From positions 4,836,001 to 4,900,000 of the forward strand of contig CATNEN010000001.1 in assembly GCA_950097015.1 (NCBI GenBank): DNA of 64,000 nucleotides. The letters run 5' to 3'. Origin of the DNA: Macrostomum hystrix (taxonomy: Eukaryota > Animalia > Platyhelminthes). Both the position numbers and the translations under genes were made by a program. Shown here piece after piece: positions 59,283-64,000 of this stretch. The notes beneath the pieces were generated by a model, which was not told the origin of the DNA, did not search any database, and worked only from the letters and a program-made list of their open reading frames with translations. Numbering within the stretch: the stretch's first letter is position 1; each line of letters begins with the position of its first letter.

Positions 59283-60665
59283 TCTAGGATCTAGAGTATT
59301 CTAGGCTAGGGCTAGGATCTATCTAGGGTATTCTAGGCTAGGGCTAGGATCTATCTAGGGTATTTTAGGCTAGGTGTAGGATCTATCTAGGGTATTCTAG
59401 GCTAGGTGTAGGAGCAATCTAGGGTATTCTAGGCTAGGGCTAGGATCTATCTAGGGTATTCTAGGCTAGGGCTAGGATCTATCTAGGGTATTTTAGGCTA
59501 GGTGTAGGATCTATCTAGGGTATTCTAGGCTAGGTGTAGGAGCAATCTAGGGTATTCTAGGCTAGGGCTAGGATCTATCTAGGGTATTCTAGGCTAGGGC
59601 TAGGATCTATCTAGGGTATTCTAGGCTAGGGCTAGGATCTATCTAGGGTATTCTAGGCTAGGGCTAGGATCTATCTAGGGTATTTTAGGCTAGGTGTAGG
59701 ATCTATCTAGGGTATTCTAGGCTAGGTGTAGGAGCAATCTAGGGTATTCTAGGCTAGGTGTAGGAGCAATCTAGGGTATTCTAGGCTAGGGCTAGGATCT
59801 ATCTAGGGTATTCTAGGCTAGGTGTAGGATGAATCTCGGGTATTTTAGGCTAGGTGTAGGATCTATCTAGGGTATTTTAGGCTAGGGCTAGGATCAATCT
59901 CGGGTATTCTAGGCTAGGTGTAGGATCAATCTCGGGTATTCTAGGCTAGGTGTAGGATCAATCTCGGGTATTCTAGGCTAGGGCTAGGATCTATCTAGGG
60001 TATTTTAGGCTAGGTGTAGGATCTATCTAGGGTATTCTAGGCTAGGTGTAGGATCAATCTCGGGTATTCTAGGCTAGGGCTAGGATCTATCTAGGGTATT
60101 CTAGGCTAGGGCTAGGATCTATCTAGGGTATTCTAGGCTAGGGCTAGGATCTATCTAGGGTATTCTAGGCTAGGGCTAGGATCTATCTAGGGTATTCTAG
60201 GCTAGGGCTAGGATCTATCTAGGGTATTTTAGGCTAGGTGTAGGATCTATCTAGGGTATTCTAGGCTAGGTGTAGGAGCAATCTAGGGTATTCTAGGCTA
60301 GGTGTAGGAGCAATCTAGGGTATTCTAGGCTAGGGCTAGGATCTATCTAGGGTATTCTAGGCTAGGTGTAGGATGAATCTCGGGTATTTTAGGCTAGGTG
60401 TAGGATCTATCTAGGGTATTTTAGGCTAGGGCTAGGATCAATCTCGGGTATTCTAGGCTAGGTGTAGGATCAATCTCGGGTATTCTAGGCTAGGTGTAGG
60501 ATCAATCTCGGGTATTTTATGCTAGGTGTAGGAGCAATCTAGGGTATTTTAGGCTAGGTGTAGGATCAATCTCGGGTATTTTATGCTAGGTGTAGGATCA
60601 ATCTCGGGTATTTTAGGCTAGGTGTAGGATCAATCTCGGGTATTTTATGCTAGGTGTAGGATCAA
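59283..60665. repeat. Minisatellite, 32-bp unit TCTAGGGTATTCTAGGCTAGGGCTAGGATCTA
   Basis: Direct reading. Confidence 0.95.
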
Positions 60666-61539
60666 GAGTACTTTAGGAAATTATTTGTTCATTTTCTATG
60701 ATTTTCAGGCCAGCTTTGGAATGTAGAGGCTCCGCTAGATCAGATTTAGACTCCGACGATCTTTTAAAGTCAGTTTTTAAGAGGCTTCCACTGGATAAAA
60801 ACAGTCATAGCAAGTTAGCATTCCAGTCTATCAAAAAAGTGCAGCTTATTCGCCTCATAAATAACAGGTCCGCAGAAATAGCTATCAAGGAAACAGGGAT
60901 TTGGTCGATGAAACTTTAATATCTGCAACTGCAACGCAATGCAATTTCTCTAACGGGACTATTTATGCTATGAGGGTTTTTATAACGTGCAATCTACAAA
61001 ACTCTGTACAACGTAAAAATACATAATCCAATTTCCATTCCTATGACTCAAGCTAGTGACGCTGTCTTAGCTAGAAGATTATTCTTCTGCGAGTGCACGC
61101 GTGCGCCAATTTCTTTCAAGACAGAAAATAGAAAGGTCAAGTATAAGCGAAGGTCAGCAACCTACCTAGCTAAGCTTAGCTTTGATCTATATACTAAAAG
61201 AGAAAGAAGAATTACTTGTTTCTTTTTACTTCTGCGTACAGGGAGAAAGGGTTTGCTAAAAAACCTGGCTTGACTTTGTCTTTGCAACAAACTAACAGTG
61301 AACTTAGACAGCTGTGCGATAACCACTTAGCCAGTCTTTTTTAATACTTTTATTTAGTCTGCAGCAAACTAATAAGGCAGATAAGATTGTAAAACCTCAG
61401 AGACGCTTTTAAGCTTCGAAAGGTGATATTGTTATTTATAGCTAGTTTAAAAGCGCTCAACCAAGCAAAGAAAAAGCGAGCGGGACCATGACCGCCTACG
61501 CTAAATGGCTTGCCTGTTGTCGGATCTAGTAGCTGTGCT

Positions 61540-61850
61540 TTCTCACCTTTCTCCCCCCTCACCTTTCTCCCCCCGCACCTTTCTCCCCCCTCACCTTTCT
61601 CCTCCGCACCTTTCTCCTCCTCACCTTTCTTCCCCCCCGCACCTTTCTCCCCTCCACACCTATCTCTCCCCCCCCCGCACCTTTCTCCTCTCCGGACCTT
61701 TCTCCCCTCCACACATTTCTCCACTCCACACTTTTCTCCCCCCGCACCTTTCTCCCCTCCACGCCTTTCTACCCTCCGCACATTTCTCCCTTCCGCACAT
61801 TTCTCCCCTCCGCACTTTTCTCCCCTCCGAACTTTTCTCCCCTCCATACC
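61540..61850. repeat. Degenerate pyrimidine-rich repeat CACCTTTCTCCCCCCG
   Basis: Direct reading. Confidence 0.8.
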
Positions 61851-62599
61851 TTTGTACCTTTAACCCTTTTCTCCTCCGAAGTGGTAAAAACCTTTTTCCC
61901 ATTATTGTTACTTTGCATCTAGCAACGAAGCTTAAATTTGCAGATTTTAAGGACAGGGTTGATATTAAATTTTTAGAGATAGAAATTTAAATCCGACGAG
62001 GAAATAATAAAACCAAGATTAGAGATAACAATAACTAGTACAGGGTAGTCTTGTAAATGTTAGGGCACAGTAAATAGGTCAATAAAGATGCTAGAGGGCA
62101 TGGTGGACTTGTTTGACATTATTAGATAATTCTAAAGTAACAACAGTCAGGTGCCCAACAACTGGATCAAGCAACCTTTCAACCTTTATTGCTTTCATAT
62201 TGCTACCCATAGTGAGGAAATGTTGACAAAATTTCCATAAAACTTTTTAACTAGCCAGCAAGACTGGATGGTTTTATAAGAGGACATTTGGCTTTCGACA
62301 AACCCCAACTAGCTAGCGACGATAAACAAAACAGATACACAGAATTTCAATTGTAACTAAGTAGCTAAGATAAACGAAAAATCGCAGGATTGCATTTCTT
62401 TGTGACCATTGAGTGAGTTATGTAGCTAGCAAACTCAACTCGTAGCTAGATTTTATAATATATAACAGCAACACAATTCACCGATATTCACCGTTACAAT
62501 TTTCAATTTCAATTATAAAATTTTTAACTAACTTTAAAACAAAAATTACAGAGTGATAAATTGAGATGGTTTAAAGAGAAAGGAATAAGAGGAGAGACA

Positions 62600-64000
62600 G
62601 AAAAATAGAGGGCGTGAGAGGTCTAGAGGATGATGACAGAAGGGGAGAGAGGGCTATGGGAGAGAAGGAAGAAAGAGAGGGGAGATGGAAGAAAGAGAAG
62701 AGATTGCAAGGGGAGAAAGAGAGGAGGGGAGAAAGAGAGGAGGGGAGAAAGAGAGGAGGGGAGAGAGGGCTAGGGGAGAGAAGGAAGAGAGGGGAGAGAA
62801 GGAAGAAAGAGAGGGGAGAGAAGGAAGAAAGAGAGGGGAGAGAAGGAAGAAAGAGAGGGGAGAGAAGGAAGAAAGAGAGAGAAGGAAGAAAGAGAGGGGA
62901 GAGAAGGAAGAAAGAGAGAGAAGGAAGAAAGAGAGGGGAGAGAAGGAAGAAAGAGAGAGAAGGAAGAAAGAGAGGGGAGAGAAGGAAGAAAGAGAGGGGA
63001 GAGAAGAAAGAGAGGGGAAATGGAAGAAAGAGAGGGGAGAGAAGAAAGAGAGGGGAGATGGAAGAAAGAGAGGGGAGAGAAGGAAGAAAGAGAGGGGAGA
63101 GAGGAAAGAGAGGGGAGAGAAGGAAGAAAGAGAGGGGAGAGAAGAAAGAGAGGGGAAATGGAAGAAAGAGAGGTCTGAGAGGAGAGATGGAAGAAAGAGA
63201 GGGGAGATAGAAGAAAGAAAGGGGAGAGAAGGAAGAGAGGGGAGAGAAGAAAGAGAGGGGAGATGGAAGAAAGAGAGGGGAGAGAAGGAAGAGAGGGGAG
63301 AGAAGAAAGAGAGGGGAGATAGAAGAAAGAGAGGGGAGAAGGAAGAAAGAGAGGGGAGATGGAAGAAAGAGAGGGGAGAGAAGGAAGAAAGAGAGGGGAG
63401 AGAAGAAAGAGAGGGGAAATGGAAGAAAGAGAGGTCTGAGAGGAGAGATGGAAGAAAGAGAGGGGAGATAGAAGAAAGAGAGGGGAGAGAAGGAAGAGAG
63501 GGGAGAGAAGAAAGAGAGGGGAGAGAAGAAAGAGGGGAGAGAAGAAAGAGAGGGGAGATAGAAGGAAGAGAGGGGAGAGAAGAAAGAGAGGGGAGAGAAG
63601 AAAGAGAGGGGAAATGGAAGAAAGAGAGGGGAGAAGGAAGAAAGAGAGGGGAGATGGAAGAAAGAGAGGGGAGAGAAGAAAGAGAGGGGAAATGGAAGAA
63701 AGAGAGGGGAGAGAAGAAAGAGAGGGGAGATAGAAGAAAGAGAGGGGAGAAGGAAGAAAGAGAGGAGAGATGGAAGAAAGAGAGGGGAGAGAAGGAGGAA
63801 AGAGAGGGGAGAGAAGGAAGAAAGAGAGGGGAAATGGAAGAAAGAGAGGTCTGAGAGGAGAGATGGAAGAAAGAGAGGGGAGATAGAAGAAAGAGAGGGG
63901 AGAGAAGGAAGAGAGGGGAGAGAAGAAAGAGAGGGGAGAGAAGAAAGAGAGGGGAGAGAAGAAAGAGAGGGGAAATGGAAGAAAGAGAGGGGAAATGGAA
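62600..64000. repeat. Polypurine repeat GAAGAAAGAGAGGGGAGA running off the window end
   Basis: Direct reading. Confidence 0.95.

Noticed and set aside
60698-60919. DLDSDDLLKSVFKRLP superficially like the YAP TEAD-binding segment
   Set aside because: On the opposite strand to the YAP exons and lacks the RxLPxSFF motif.
10000-64000. Other long low-complexity ORFs (9999-11179, 13887-14927, 17839-19029, 37018-37896, 41503-42822, 55955-57463, 57950-58885, 62685-63854)
   Set aside because: Translations of stop-free tandem repeats, mostly inside introns of the identified genes.

Overview
Eukaryotic (metazoan) genomic DNA. GC-richer exons with GTGAG/GTAAG donors sit among about 40 unrelated minisatellite arrays, a landscape consistent with a Macrostomum-like flatworm (inference, not proven). 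Almost all long ORFs in the supplied track are artefacts of tandem repeats. Three spliced genes could be assembled by hand from splice signals and reading frame. (1) An 11-exon anosmin-1/KAL-1 homolog on + (7060-36493, about 853 aa: signal peptide, Cys box, WAP, four FN3, hydrophobic GPI-like tail). (2) The 3' three exons of a YAP/Yorkie homolog on - (59166-54195: WW domain, coiled coil, HxRxxS-DSGxxS degron). (3) The standout, not represented as a gene in the ORF track: a signal-peptide exon (41528-41603) splices in phase to an exon that looks like a 24-bp minisatellite but encodes about 32 copies of an FADF-type tetrapeptide separated by KKKR/KR sites (42966-43816). A second, alternative terminal exon (45444-48112) carries about 108 such units, many now interrupted by an amplified AAG>TAG variant. 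This looks like an undescribed multicopy prepropeptide locus. Also seen: two copies of a tRNA-derived SINE, a foldback-like inverted pair of 16-bp arrays, and repeat arrays built from 5' splice-site-like or MCAT-like motifs inside introns. Array boundaries and copy numbers are approximate (read by eye).
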